The notes: a model not told the origin generated them from the letters alone. A DNA stretch of 44,270 nt from Cytophagales bacterium (GCA_043770215.1 JAYVIQ010000026.1:1-44270), one strand, 5' to 3'. Positions 9,306-18,638 are shown, counted from the first letter of the stretch. Numbers and translations: made by a program.

Positions 9306-9373
9306 CAGGTATAACTGAAAAAAAAACAGTATAAAAACCTAAATTTTTAAAAAAATTTTTGTTTTTTTACCTA
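9306..9373. promoter_or_regulatory. Divergent promoter region with three degenerate copies of the TAGGTA-N4-TACCTA motif
   Basis: CAGGTATAA (9306-9314, half site), ACAGTATAAAAACCTA (9326-9341), TTTGTTTTTTTACCTA (9358-9373). Confidence 0.45.
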
Positions 9374-9404
9374 TTGAATTATTGCTGTAATTAAATACAA
9401 TATT

Positions 9405-9788
9405 TTGAGTATTATTAAAATAGAAAATGATATTATTGAATATCAAATAAAAGACAGTGTTTTGTACTGTCAATACAAAATAAAAAAAATTGATTTAGAG
9501 GCCGCAAAAAAAGCAGTCTCGCTAAGAAAAGATTTTACAAATAACTTACCTTACCCAAATCTAATTAGAGGATTTGATGTTATATCTATGGACAAACAAG
9601 CAAGAGACTTTTTTTCTACAGACCAAGGGACAGTAGGGGTTAGCGCAGGTGCTTTACTCACTAATTCTGTTTTTCAGGCTACACTAGCAAACTTTTTTTT
9701 AAAGGTTACAAATCCAAAAATACCAACAAAGTTATTTACTGATGAATCTAAAGCAATATTATGGCTTAAACAGTATATTGCAAAATGA
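9405..9788 (+). CDS. Small STAS/SEC14 (SpoIIAA-like) domain protein; candidate ligand-binding sensor
   Basis: TTG start; IDLEAAK...MDKQARDFF...ALL..S......ANFFL....P..PTKLF..E..A..WL; the F..E..A..WL end is typical of SpoIIAA-like domains; ATGA overlap with the kinase. Confidence 0.7.
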   Translation: MSIIKIENDIIEYQIKDSVLYCQYKIKKIDLEAAKKAVSLRKDFTNNLPYPNLIRGFDVISMDKQARDFFSTDQGTVGVSAGALLTNSVFQATLANFFLKVTNPKIPTKLFTDESKAILWLKQYIAK

Positions 9789-10912
9789 ATAAACGATTGA
9801 TGGATATAAGTAATCTGCTTGCTCAATACTCTTTAGGCAATTTTGATTATGAAATACCCTTATCTAAAAATCTGGATGAAATAGATTCAATCATTTCTAG
9901 TATAAACATGCTTGGCGAAGAGCTAAAAGAAACTACCATTTCTAGAGATTTCTTTTCTAGTATTTATAATGCCGTCTCTAATTTACTTTTTATTATTGAC
10001 GAAAACGGTGTTATTACAGGCACTAACCATACTTCTTCAGAAACATTTCCTCAGAAAAAACTTATTGGAAGCCACTTTAATGACCTCTTAAATGAGGCTT
10101 CTGACCAATATTCTTTAAAAAATTTAAGAAAAAAAATTTCCAAAAAAAATCCTATCTACAAATTTGAGACTGAATTAAAAATAAATGAAAAGAAAATAAT
10201 TTTTGTTTCTTGCTCTATATCTCATATTGAAACCCAAGAAATTAAGGGTTTTTTTATTGTTGCTGAAGACATCACACAGAAAAAAGAAAGTGATCAGAAA
10301 GTCCTAAGGGCAATTATGCAAACAGAAGAAAGTGAAAGAAAAAGAGTTGCAGATGATCTACATGACTCTCTGGGGCAAGGACTATCTAGCATGAAAATGA
10401 TGCTTGGTGTTGCAAAACAAAATGCAGAGAACAACAAACAAAACGAAATAATTAGCTCCTCAATAACCATTTTAGAAAACTCAATTCAAGAATTACGAAA
10501 TATTTGTTTTAACTTGATGCCGTCGATATTAGAAAAAGGTGGTTTAACGTACGCCATAAAACAATTGATAGAAACTACAGCTTTCGAAATCCAATATTTT
10601 TCTAATGTTTCTACACTAAAATTAAACAAAAAACAAGAACTAGCCGTATATAGGGTAATACAAGAGTTTATAAATAATTCTATAAAACATGCTTTTGGAA
10701 CCAAAATTACTATTAAAATTGAAGAATTAGATAACAAAATAACCATTAAAGCATCTGATAATGGAATAGGATTTAAACAAGAAATAAATTTAAAATCAGA
10801 TAGTAGAGGGTTAAACACAATGCGCTCTAGAATTGAGTCTTTTGGAGGTAAATATGAGTTATCTTCTAGCCCTAAACACGGAACTTCATTAAAAATAATG
10901 TTTTTGATATGA
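9785..10912 (+). CDS. Soluble sensor histidine kinase: HAMP-like + PAS + HisKA_3 + HATPase_c
   Basis: N-terminal GNFDYEI...DEID...INML (HAMP-like); FIIDENGVITGTN...EDIT (PAS); ERKRVADDLHDSLGQ (H-box); QEFINNSIKHA, DNGIGF, GL..MRSR; no TM segment. Confidence 0.92.
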   Translation: MNKRLMDISNLLAQYSLGNFDYEIPLSKNLDEIDSIISSINMLGEELKETTISRDFFSSIYNAVSNLLFIIDENGVITGTNHTSSETFPQKKLIGSHFNDLLNEASDQYSLKNLRKKISKKNPIYKFETELKINEKKIIFVSCSISHIETQEIKGFFIVAEDITQKKESDQKVLRAIMQTEESERKRVADDLHDSLGQGLSSMKMMLGVAKQNAENNKQNEIISSSITILENSIQELRNICFNLMPSILEKGGLTYAIKQLIETTAFEIQYFSNVSTLKLNKKQELAVYRVIQEFINNSIKHAFGTKITIKIEELDNKITIKASDNGIGFKQEINLKSDSRGLNTMRSRIESFGGKYELSSSPKHGTSLKIMFLI

Positions 10913-11574
10913 CAAAAAATATAAAGATTTTAATAGTAGATGACCATCACTTAGTCAGACAAGGAATAAAACTTATTTTAAACAACCAAACGGAGTTAAA
11001 CCTAGAAGTAACTGAGGTAGATTGCGGCCAAAAAGCCATTGATTTATACAAAATAAATAAATTCGATTTGATTTTAATGGATATAAACATGGATCAAATG
11101 AATGGCATGGATGCCACAAAAGCCATTATAGAGTATGACAAAAACGTAAAAATTATAGCTCTATCTATGCACAACGAAACGTTTATGATAAAAAAAATGT
11201 TGGAATGTGGCGCATCAGGGTATATACTAAAAGACACTGAATCTACAGAACTCATAAAAGCAATAAAAACCGTTTTGGGTGGCCAGAAGTACTTTACCAA
11301 CGAGGTTTCTTTAAAGCTGATTGGCGAATTTAAAGAAAAACAACGCATAGAATTTAATGATGATTTACCTAATACTTTTAGAATTTCCAAAAGAGAGATA
11401 GAAATATTAACCCTTATTTCTAAACAAATGACCAACGATGAAATTGCGACAGAATTAGATTTAAGCAAACGAACCGTAGATGCTCATAGACAAAAAATGC
11501 TAGAAAAATTAGGCGTTAAAAATACTGCCGGTCTTATTATGTATGGATTAAAAAATCATTTAATAAGTTTATAG
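10909..11574 (+). CDS. NarL/FixJ-family response regulator (REC + LuxR HTH)
   Basis: IVDDH, LMDINM (phospho-Asp), ALSMH, GYILK; SKREIEIL...TNDEIA..L.LSKRTVDAHR...EKLGVKN; ATGA overlap with the kinase. Confidence 0.95.
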   Translation: MTKNIKILIVDDHHLVRQGIKLILNNQTELNLEVTEVDCGQKAIDLYKINKFDLILMDINMDQMNGMDATKAIIEYDKNVKIIALSMHNETFMIKKMLECGASGYILKDTESTELIKAIKTVLGGQKYFTNEVSLKLIGEFKEKQRIEFNDDLPNTFRISKREIEILTLISKQMTNDEIATELDLSKRTVDAHRQKMLEKLGVKNTAGLIMYGLKNHLISL

Positions 11575-11645
11575 GAATTATAAAAAGAACACTTTTAAGG
11601 CGGCAATAAAAAGTAGGTGCTTTTAGGCAAATCTGCACTTTACAC

Positions 11646-12950
11646 CTAGCCGTGTAAAATACTTTTCTTTTGTTTATAATGCTCATACCAAAACAATAAC
11701 CCAACGGATAAGTATTCTAGACCATTTACCCAAATCTGTTGTTGGTACGGAATACTAGCATAGGTAATGTATGACAAAGGAATTAAAAGCAACCACGCCA
11801 GATAATACAAGGGAAATTCTAAAAATATGTAAAACGGCAACAAAGGCAAAATATACCAGGGATGTATGCTTTGAGCACTTAATAAATATATCCATTGGAT
11901 ACCAATAAGCCCTATAATCAATGGCATTCTATTTTTTTTCCAAAACCAAAAAAAGAAAGCCATAACTACCATTACTAGACCTTTATATACAAGTGTTAAT
12001 GATTCTTCAAACCAAAACAAAGGCTTAAAAAGCACATAAAAACTGCTGTTGAATTCAAACGTAGAAAAATAAAGATGCACACTTTTTATAAAAAAAGTAA
12101 AGCCATGGTTATACAACATAGGAAAAACAAGAATGGCACAAAAAAAGATCATACATAAAGAAAAGACCCACTTTTTGCTCACATAAACAAAGAAAAAAGG
12201 CACAAAAAGCAAAGGTGTCAATTTTGTGAAAATGGCTAAAGAAAGACACATAGCTAGCCATATTGCTTTTTGTTGTTTCAAAAAATAAAGTGCCAAAATA
12301 ACAAACAATATCAACCAAAGTTCATGATGCAAATTTCCTGAAAACTCAATCACTATCAATGGACACATCCAATACCAAGCTAATTTTTTGACCTCAATTT
12401 TCAATAAATTCTTTAAAATGAAATATATAGCTACATCTCCAAATACAAATAGAAGTTTCATTAAAAACAAACTGAAAGCTACAGATTTACCAAAAAATAC
12501 ACATAACCAATTCAAAAACATAACAACTGTAGGATATACGGTGTAGTAATTTGGAGAATTTAATGCATAAAATGTACTCTTATACTCTACTTCCATTGCC
12601 CAAGAATGCTGTGCCAATTGGCTTGGTGTAAAAAGGTAAGGATTTATCCCTTCTACCAATAATTTGCCATCCCAAATAAAGCGATTAAAATCATCAGACC
12701 ATTGGGGTATAGACCATAAAAATAAGAGTCTAGAAAATAAACCCGCCACAAATAATATGTTGCTGTTTGAATTGCATTTAATAATAGAAATCCACAAACA
12801 AAACAATAAAAAATAAATGCCATAGTTTAGGCCAAAGTTGGTTCTATCTACACCAAAAGCTAGCACTCCAACGCCTAAAAAATAAAACATAAAAAGTAGA
12901 GGTTGGCCTTTTTCTAAATTGGTTTGTAACCCTTTATCTAAGCTTAGCAT
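11646..12950 (-). CDS. Multi-pass GT-C fold glycosyltransferase (GT87/mannosyltransferase-like)
   Basis: SDDFNRFIWDG...GINPY, TVYP, EFSGNLH, FEFN and HPWY motifs; about 10 or more TM segments. Confidence 0.75.
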   Translation of the reverse strand: MLSLDKGLQTNLEKGQPLLFMFYFLGVGVLAFGVDRTNFGLNYGIYFLLFCLWISIIKCNSNSNILFVAGLFSRLLFLWSIPQWSDDFNRFIWDGKLLVEGINPYLFTPSQLAQHSWAMEVEYKSTFYALNSPNYYTVYPTVVMFLNWLCVFFGKSVAFSLFLMKLLFVFGDVAIYFILKNLLKIEVKKLAWYWMCPLIVIEFSGNLHHELWLILFVILALYFLKQQKAIWLAMCLSLAIFTKLTPLLFVPFFFVYVSKKWVFSLCMIFFCAILVFPMLYNHGFTFFIKSVHLYFSTFEFNSSFYVLFKPLFWFEESLTLVYKGLVMVVMAFFFWFWKKNRMPLIIGLIGIQWIYLLSAQSIHPWYILPLLPFYIFLEFPLYYLAWLLLIPLSYITYASIPYQQQIWVNGLEYLSVGLLFWYEHYKQKKSILHG

Positions 12951-14421
12951 GTTTTATAGAAAGTAAGAAAATACTTGCAAACCCAAAAGTTATTAGACAA
13001 TGTAGCAACAATAAACTAAAATCTTGGTGAAAAACACCCCAAAACAAGCCAAACCCAAAATACAAAGCCAAAACACCTTCTAACCAAGTAAGAGAAGGTA
13101 TTTTTTGAGTCCTATAACTGTTTTCTATCCATTTTTTATTTCCCTTATCTAAACCAATATTGTATTTTGGAGTACGTATAAACGGGGTTTTTTTTCCGGC
13201 ATAACCTTCTAATACAGCCAAAGCATTATGCAAAGACAATCCCATAGACAAGGATAAAAGCATAGGGAAGGTAATGCAAAATTGAAGTAAATTTTTGAGT
13301 GTACCTTTTTTTAATGCAAAAAAAGAACTTGCATAAAATAAGGTTAGTGAAAATATACTAACCAAAAACAAAGAAGATATTTGAAACAAAAATAAATGAT
13401 TGTCTAATCTACTCTTCACAAAAAGAATTGGTACGCTACATATTGCTGCCAACATAAATGCAACAAAAATTGCTGAATTTAATAAATGCATAGTCGCATG
13501 TAATTTGGTACTTATTTTTTGGTCAGATCGCCAAACATTTAAGAGGTGTTTACGGGCTGTTTCTGCGGCGCCTTTTGTCCATCTGCGCTGCTGTGCCTTC
13601 AACTCATTCATGGTTACTGGTAGCTCTGCAGGACTTACTAAATGTTTAAAATACCGAAATTTCCATCCTTTGATTTGAGCCCTGTAACTTAAATCTAAAT
13701 CTTCTGTAAGTGTGTCAGATTCCCAGTTTCCAGCATCTAGAATTGTTTCTTTGCGCCACACACCTGCTGTTCCGTTAAAATTTATGAAATGATTTCCAAC
13801 ATTTCTACCTACTTGCTCTATTACAAAATGAGCATCTAAAGCAAATGCTTGTAATCTTGTAATGATAGAATAATGTTCATTTAGATGCCCCCACCTCGTT
13901 TGTACTAAACCAAGGTTTGGATCCGATTCTAGATACGGTATTAGGTCTAGTAAAAAATTAGCTTTGGGCAAAAAGTCGGCATCAAAAATTGCAATGTACT
14001 TGCCCTTTGCCAACCCTAAGCCATACTTTAACGCCCCTGCTTTAAACCCTTCTCTATTTGGCCTTCTAACCAATTCTATTTGAAAACCTTTTTGTTGATA
14101 CTGATTTATTTTTTGTTGTATTAAGCCTGTTGTTTCGTCTGTACTATCATCTAATACTTGAATCTGTAATTTTTCAATCGGATATTTTAACTTTATAATT
14201 GCATCTATCAAACGCTCTATTACATATTTTTCGTTATAAACTGGCAATTGGATGGTAACAAGTGGCAAATCAATATCATCTATTGGTTCCTGACTTGAAT
14301 CTATTAAACGTTTGCTTTTAAACCAATAATTATATGTGAGCTGAAGCTGTGTAATGCTAAATAAAAAAATGAACGCAAGCGCCAATGTGTAAATTAATAC
14401 CAATACCAGTGCCAAACTCAT
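12934..14421 (-). CDS. Processive-type GT2 glycosyltransferase (cellulose-synthase-like, CslA/CslC-like)
   Basis: VTIQLPVYNE, QVLDDSTD, GFKAGAL, IFDADF, FNGTAGVWR, TEDLDL, QQRRW (D,D,D,QxxRW), FIRTPK; TM helices at both ends. Confidence 0.9.
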   Translation of the reverse strand: MSLALVLVLIYTLALAFIFLFSITQLQLTYNYWFKSKRLIDSSQEPIDDIDLPLVTIQLPVYNEKYVIERLIDAIIKLKYPIEKLQIQVLDDSTDETTGLIQQKINQYQQKGFQIELVRRPNREGFKAGALKYGLGLAKGKYIAIFDADFLPKANFLLDLIPYLESDPNLGLVQTRWGHLNEHYSIITRLQAFALDAHFVIEQVGRNVGNHFINFNGTAGVWRKETILDAGNWESDTLTEDLDLSYRAQIKGWKFRYFKHLVSPAELPVTMNELKAQQRRWTKGAAETARKHLLNVWRSDQKISTKLHATMHLLNSAIFVAFMLAAICSVPILFVKSRLDNHLFLFQISSLFLVSIFSLTLFYASSFFALKKGTLKNLLQFCITFPMLLSLSMGLSLHNALAVLEGYAGKKTPFIRTPKYNIGLDKGNKKWIENSYRTQKIPSLTWLEGVLALYFGFGLFWGVFHQDFSLLLLHCLITFGFASIFLLSIKHAKLR

Positions 14422-15098
14422 TTTCTATATTTAAAAATTAATGTAATTATTTTGTAGGCAGCACCTATTACTCCTTTTATTGTACCAGAGATTTTAGATA
14501 TACCAATTCTATTTTTGTAATCTACAGGCACTTCTGCATACTTTAATTTTAAGTGCAGCGCTTTCAGCTGCATTTCTATGGTCCAGCCATAATTAGTATC
14601 TTTCATAGCCATATCCAAGAGGCATTGGTATTTTATAGCTCTAAAAGGACCTAAGTCTGTATACCTTGCATTATACAATATTCTCATTAGTAGAGTTGCA
14701 AACCAATTTCCAAAAATTTGCGGCCTTGTCATAGACCCTTTTTCTCTAATCCCTAAAGCTCTAGAACCAATAACAAAATCATAACCCGCATTTATTTTCT
14801 CTATCAAAAGACACATTTGGTGAGGATAATCTGAATAATCTCCATCTAAAAAAACAACAACATCTGGTTTAAGTATCTGATTAGCAATTGCTTCTAACCC
14901 TTTTAAACAGGCGTTTCCGTATCCTCTTTTAGGTTGGTGTACAACTAAAGCGCCCGCTTTTTTTGCTATAAAAGCAGTATTGTCTGTAGAGTTATTGTCA
15001 CAAACAATGATTTGGTCTACAAAAGTAGGGATCTCGGCAATTACTTTGGCAATGCTCTGTTCTTCGTTATTGGCAGGGATAATTACTGATATTTTCAA
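14418..15098 (-). CDS. GT2 glycosyltransferase, Dol-P-Man synthase-like; start probably TTG 15098 (MKISVIIPA)
   Basis: VIIPANNE, CDNNSTD, GYGNAC, FLDGDYSD, VIGSR, TDLGPFRAI; 4-nt overlap with the next gene. Confidence 0.88.
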   Translation of the reverse strand: MKISVIIPANNEEQSIAKVIAEIPTFVDQIIVCDNNSTDNTAFIAKKAGALVVHQPKRGYGNACLKGLEAIANQILKPDVVVFLDGDYSDYPHQMCLLIEKINAGYDFVIGSRALGIREKGSMTRPQIFGNWFATLLMRILYNARYTDLGPFRAIKYQCLLDMAMKDTNYGWTIEMQLKALHLKLKYAEVPVDYKNRIGISKISGTIKGVIGAAYKIITLIFKYRK

Positions 15099-15380
15099 GA
15101 TAAGTGCTAAAGTATCATGCAATTTAAAATATTTTGGGTCTATTTACACAATGATTTTTAAGTCATCATTAGATTTGTATCTACAACAACATATTTAGGT
15201 TATTGACCACAATTATATAGGATTTATTTTTAGTAAATACACTATACTAAAAGCCCTACTCATTAGATTATTTGGGCATAAAGTAAAATTTTAAAAGAAT
15301 TAAAAGTATATTAAGGGAAGTATTCGTAAATTTTGGCATTGGTTTTGAACAAAGCATTAGTAAATAAAAAATATAACAGA

Positions 15381-16196
15381 ATGAACATAATTCGTAGTCT
15401 ATATAAAACAGCAATTGTAGCATTACTTTTTGTAATAGCTACTGGCTTTTCTTACCAAGAACTTAATTATGCCATAAGAAATAGCACCATTAAAAAAGGC
15501 GAGAAACTAACATTTCGTTTGCATTATGGGTTGCTTACTGCGGGTTATCCTGTTATGCAAGTATTTGACAAAACATATCCAGTTGATGGAAAAACTTGCT
15601 TTAAAGTAGAAGTAAGCGGAAAAACATATGGTGCCGTACATAAACTATTTCAAATAAAAGACATTTGGAGAAGTTATATGGATACTGCAAACATGTTGCC
15701 TAAATATGCCTATAGAAATATAAGTGAAGGAAATTATAAATTAGTAGAGAACACATATTTAAACAGAGGCGGTTCAAAAACAAAAGTTGTTATAGAAAAA
15801 ACAGAAGGAGATAAAACCAAAGAATATGCTACTCCAGAAGGAATACATGATATAGTTAGCGGTTTTTTCTATTACAGAAATATTGATTACAGTAAAAAGT
15901 CTATTGGAGAAAAAATACCTGTAAAATCTTTTTTTGATGGAGAACTTTATCACCTAAACGTTGTGTACAAAGGAAAAGTAGAATTAAAAACAGCTTTTGG
16001 TAGAATAGATTGTTTTAAGTTATCTCCAGAAGTGCCAGAAAACGAGTTGTTTGATGGCGAGAACTCTGTCCTATTCTACATTACAGCTGATAACAATAGA
16101 ATGCCAGTTAAAATAAAAGCAGATATGTTTGTAGGTTCTGTAGAAATGGATATATCAGAATATCAAAATTTAAGACACTCAATAAAATTTAAATAG
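15381..16196 (+). CDS. DUF3108-domain exported protein; start probably ATG 15381
   Basis: Signal-like N-terminus; GEKLTFRLHYG, DIVSGFFYYR, KTAFGRIDC, ITADNNRMPVKI. Confidence 0.75.
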   Translation: MNIIRSLYKTAIVALLFVIATGFSYQELNYAIRNSTIKKGEKLTFRLHYGLLTAGYPVMQVFDKTYPVDGKTCFKVEVSGKTYGAVHKLFQIKDIWRSYMDTANMLPKYAYRNISEGNYKLVENTYLNRGGSKTKVVIEKTEGDKTKEYATPEGIHDIVSGFFYYRNIDYSKKSIGEKIPVKSFFDGELYHLNVVYKGKVELKTAFGRIDCFKLSPEVPENELFDGENSVLFYITADNNRMPVKIKADMFVGSVEMDISEYQNLRHSIKFK

Positions 16197-16197
16197 A

Positions 16198-17532
16198 ATG
16201 CTAAAGAAAAAAAATATAACAGCAATTATACTCTCTATTTTATGTTGTAGTACTTTTGCTCAAGTTCAATTTAAAGGAGAACTAGACAAAGGCTATACAG
16301 CAAAAGAAGTATATTTATACAAGTACATAGGTGCAAAAGCATATCCTTTTGATACCTTACCAGTTAAAAACTTTTTGTTTAGCGCTAATTATCCAGCCTT
16401 AGAAAAAGGACTTTACCTACTGGGTATAGGAGAACAAAGAGAAGATATTGTTTTAGCAGAAGAAAAAGTGCAAATATTTGTACCAAATACCCAGGAAGAC
16501 ATGCCTTGGAAAAAACAATCTAAAGCCAACGCAGAGTATTTCGAAATTCGTAAAATAATTAGGCAATATGACCAAAAACTCCAAGCCCTAGATGCGGACT
16601 ACAGAGATTTTGAATATTTAGCTCAGACAGATCAAAATGCATTTAATCTAAAAATAAATGTTTTGCGCAAAACCTTAGATTCTCTAAACAAAAGCCAAGA
16701 CATATTCTTTTCTAACATGAGCAAAACAGCTACTAGTGCCTATGCAAGGTCTGTTTCAATGTTTATTGATTGTACAGGAAAAAACAAAACTAATTATTTT
16801 AATGCCTCAGATTTAGAAACTACTATTTTGGCTTCAGGTGATTTCATAAACAGAAAGCTAAATTATTATTTTATGAAGTTTGGCAGATTAGAAGAAAGTA
16901 ACATTGCCCTAGAAAGCCAAACTTTGCTTAATAATGCACCCGTAAAAAACACATCAAGAGAACTTTTGTACGAAGCTATAATTGCTAATGCTCTAATGGT
17001 AAATGAAAACCAGGCAAGGGCTTTACTTATACAATACAAATCTGAGTTTAAAACTCCAACCAGTGTGGGCGATAGAATAAACGCTTTAATACCACCCCCT
17101 GCGCCTACCATTGGTGCCTTTGTACCAGATATAGAAGCTGTAGATAAAGATGGTAAAGTATTTAAGCTATCAGATTTAAGAGGACAAGTAGTACTAATAG
17201 ATTTTTGGGCCTCTTGGTGCGGTCCTTGCAGAAGAGAAAGCCCAAATGTAGTAGCCAATTATATGAAATACAAAGACAAGGGATTTACTATACTAAGTAT
17301 TTCCGCAGATAAAGACAAAAACAGTTGGCTCAAAGCAATAGAACAAGACAATTATTTATGGAAAAACCATTTGCTTTCTGCAGAAAATGGATACAAAGCG
17401 CAAAGAGATTTTCAAGTACAAGGGTATCCAACTATGTTTTTAATAGACAAAGAAGGGAAACTGATAAGTACTGGAAATAACTTAAGAGGCGAAGGATTAT
17501 CTCAAACACTGGCATCTGTATTTGCTCAATAA
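16198..17532 (+). CDS. TlpA/ResA-family thiol-disulfide oxidoreductase, exported
   Basis: Signal peptide (FA-Q); C-terminal thioredoxin fold LIDFWASWCGPCRRE...GYPTMFLID. Confidence 0.9.
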   Translation: MLKKKNITAIILSILCCSTFAQVQFKGELDKGYTAKEVYLYKYIGAKAYPFDTLPVKNFLFSANYPALEKGLYLLGIGEQREDIVLAEEKVQIFVPNTQEDMPWKKQSKANAEYFEIRKIIRQYDQKLQALDADYRDFEYLAQTDQNAFNLKINVLRKTLDSLNKSQDIFFSNMSKTATSAYARSVSMFIDCTGKNKTNYFNASDLETTILASGDFINRKLNYYFMKFGRLEESNIALESQTLLNNAPVKNTSRELLYEAIIANALMVNENQARALLIQYKSEFKTPTSVGDRINALIPPPAPTIGAFVPDIEAVDKDGKVFKLSDLRGQVVLIDFWASWCGPCRRESPNVVANYMKYKDKGFTILSISADKDKNSWLKAIEQDNYLWKNHLLSAENGYKAQRDFQVQGYPTMFLIDKEGKLISTGNNLRGEGLSQTLASVFAQ

Positions 17533-17541
17533 AAAAAATAA

Positions 17542-18261
17542 ATGAAGCCACCAAAATTTAAAGACCTGATTATTTTCGAAGACTTTGATTATATAATCAT
17601 AAACAAGCCTCCTTTTTTATCTACACTAGAAGACAGAGTAGATAACTTTAATGTGTCTTCATTAGCAAAAGAATATTATCCAAATGCAACTCCTTGCCAT
17701 AGATTAGACAAAGATACCTCTGGTGCTTTGGTATTATCTAAAAACGAAAATGCCTATAGAAACTTAGCGATTCAATTTGAGAAAAGAAAAGTAGATAAAG
17801 TATATCATGCCATTTCAGATGGTAGGCATGAAGTAGAAGCTGCATTGATAGAAGCTCCATTAGGAAATTTAATTAGAGGCAGGGTAAAAGTAGATTTTCA
17901 AGACGGAAAACCTTCTTCTACAAAAGTAAGAACAAGCAAGATTTTTAAACAACATACCTTATTTGAGTGCAAACCTATAACAGGAAGGACACACCAAATT
18001 AGGGCCCATTTAACACACATAGGTGCACCTATATCTTGTGATGAAATGTATGGCGGAAAACCTGCATTGCTTTCTCAAATAAAAAAGAAATACAATTTAA
18101 AAAAGGATACAGAAGAGCAACCCATGATCAAACGTTTTGCCTTACACGCTTTCTCTATCACTTTTACAAATGTAAAAGGAGATCCAGTAAGCTATGTAGC
18201 AGAGTACCCTAAAGATTTTTCTGTTTTATTGAGCCAATTGGAGCGAAACGCAAATAAATAG
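17542..18261 (+). CDS. RluA-family pseudouridine synthase
   Basis: INKP, HRLDKDTSG (catalytic Asp), TGRTHQIRAH, ALHA. Confidence 0.93.
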   Translation: MKPPKFKDLIIFEDFDYIIINKPPFLSTLEDRVDNFNVSSLAKEYYPNATPCHRLDKDTSGALVLSKNENAYRNLAIQFEKRKVDKVYHAISDGRHEVEAALIEAPLGNLIRGRVKVDFQDGKPSSTKVRTSKIFKQHTLFECKPITGRTHQIRAHLTHIGAPISCDEMYGGKPALLSQIKKKYNLKKDTEEQPMIKRFALHAFSITFTNVKGDPVSYVAEYPKDFSVLLSQLERNANK

Positions 18262-18265
18262 TATA

Positions 18266-18592
18266 ATGCATAGCGATTTTTTTATTCAAGTGCATGAAGT
18301 GGCCAAGCTTATCCCTAAAGGTAGGGTAACTAGTTATGGAGCAATTGCAACTTATTTGGGTACTAAAAAAGCATCTAGAACTGTTGGTTATGCCATGAAT
18401 GCAGCACATGGCAATAAAGAAATTCCTGCACACAGGGTGGTAAATAGAATTGGATTATTGACTGGCAAAAACCATTTTGATTATCCAGATCAAATGGAAG
18501 AGTTATTAAAAATTGAGGGCATATTAGTTTTTAACAACCAAATTCAAGATTTCACTACCATTTTTTGGGACCCAACTATAGAATTGAGTTAG
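18266..18592 (+). CDS. MGMT-family alkyltransferase-like (ATL) protein
   Basis: IPKGRVTSYGAIA, RTVGYAM, PAHRVV (Ala in place of the catalytic Cys of PCHRV), LL..EG. Confidence 0.85.
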   Translation: MHSDFFIQVHEVAKLIPKGRVTSYGAIATYLGTKKASRTVGYAMNAAHGNKEIPAHRVVNRIGLLTGKNHFDYPDQMEELLKIEGILVFNNQIQDFTTIFWDPTIELS

Positions 18593-18638
18593 AAGGAGTA
18601 CTAGGTAACATGATCCTATTTCATTAAAAATTTAAGCG

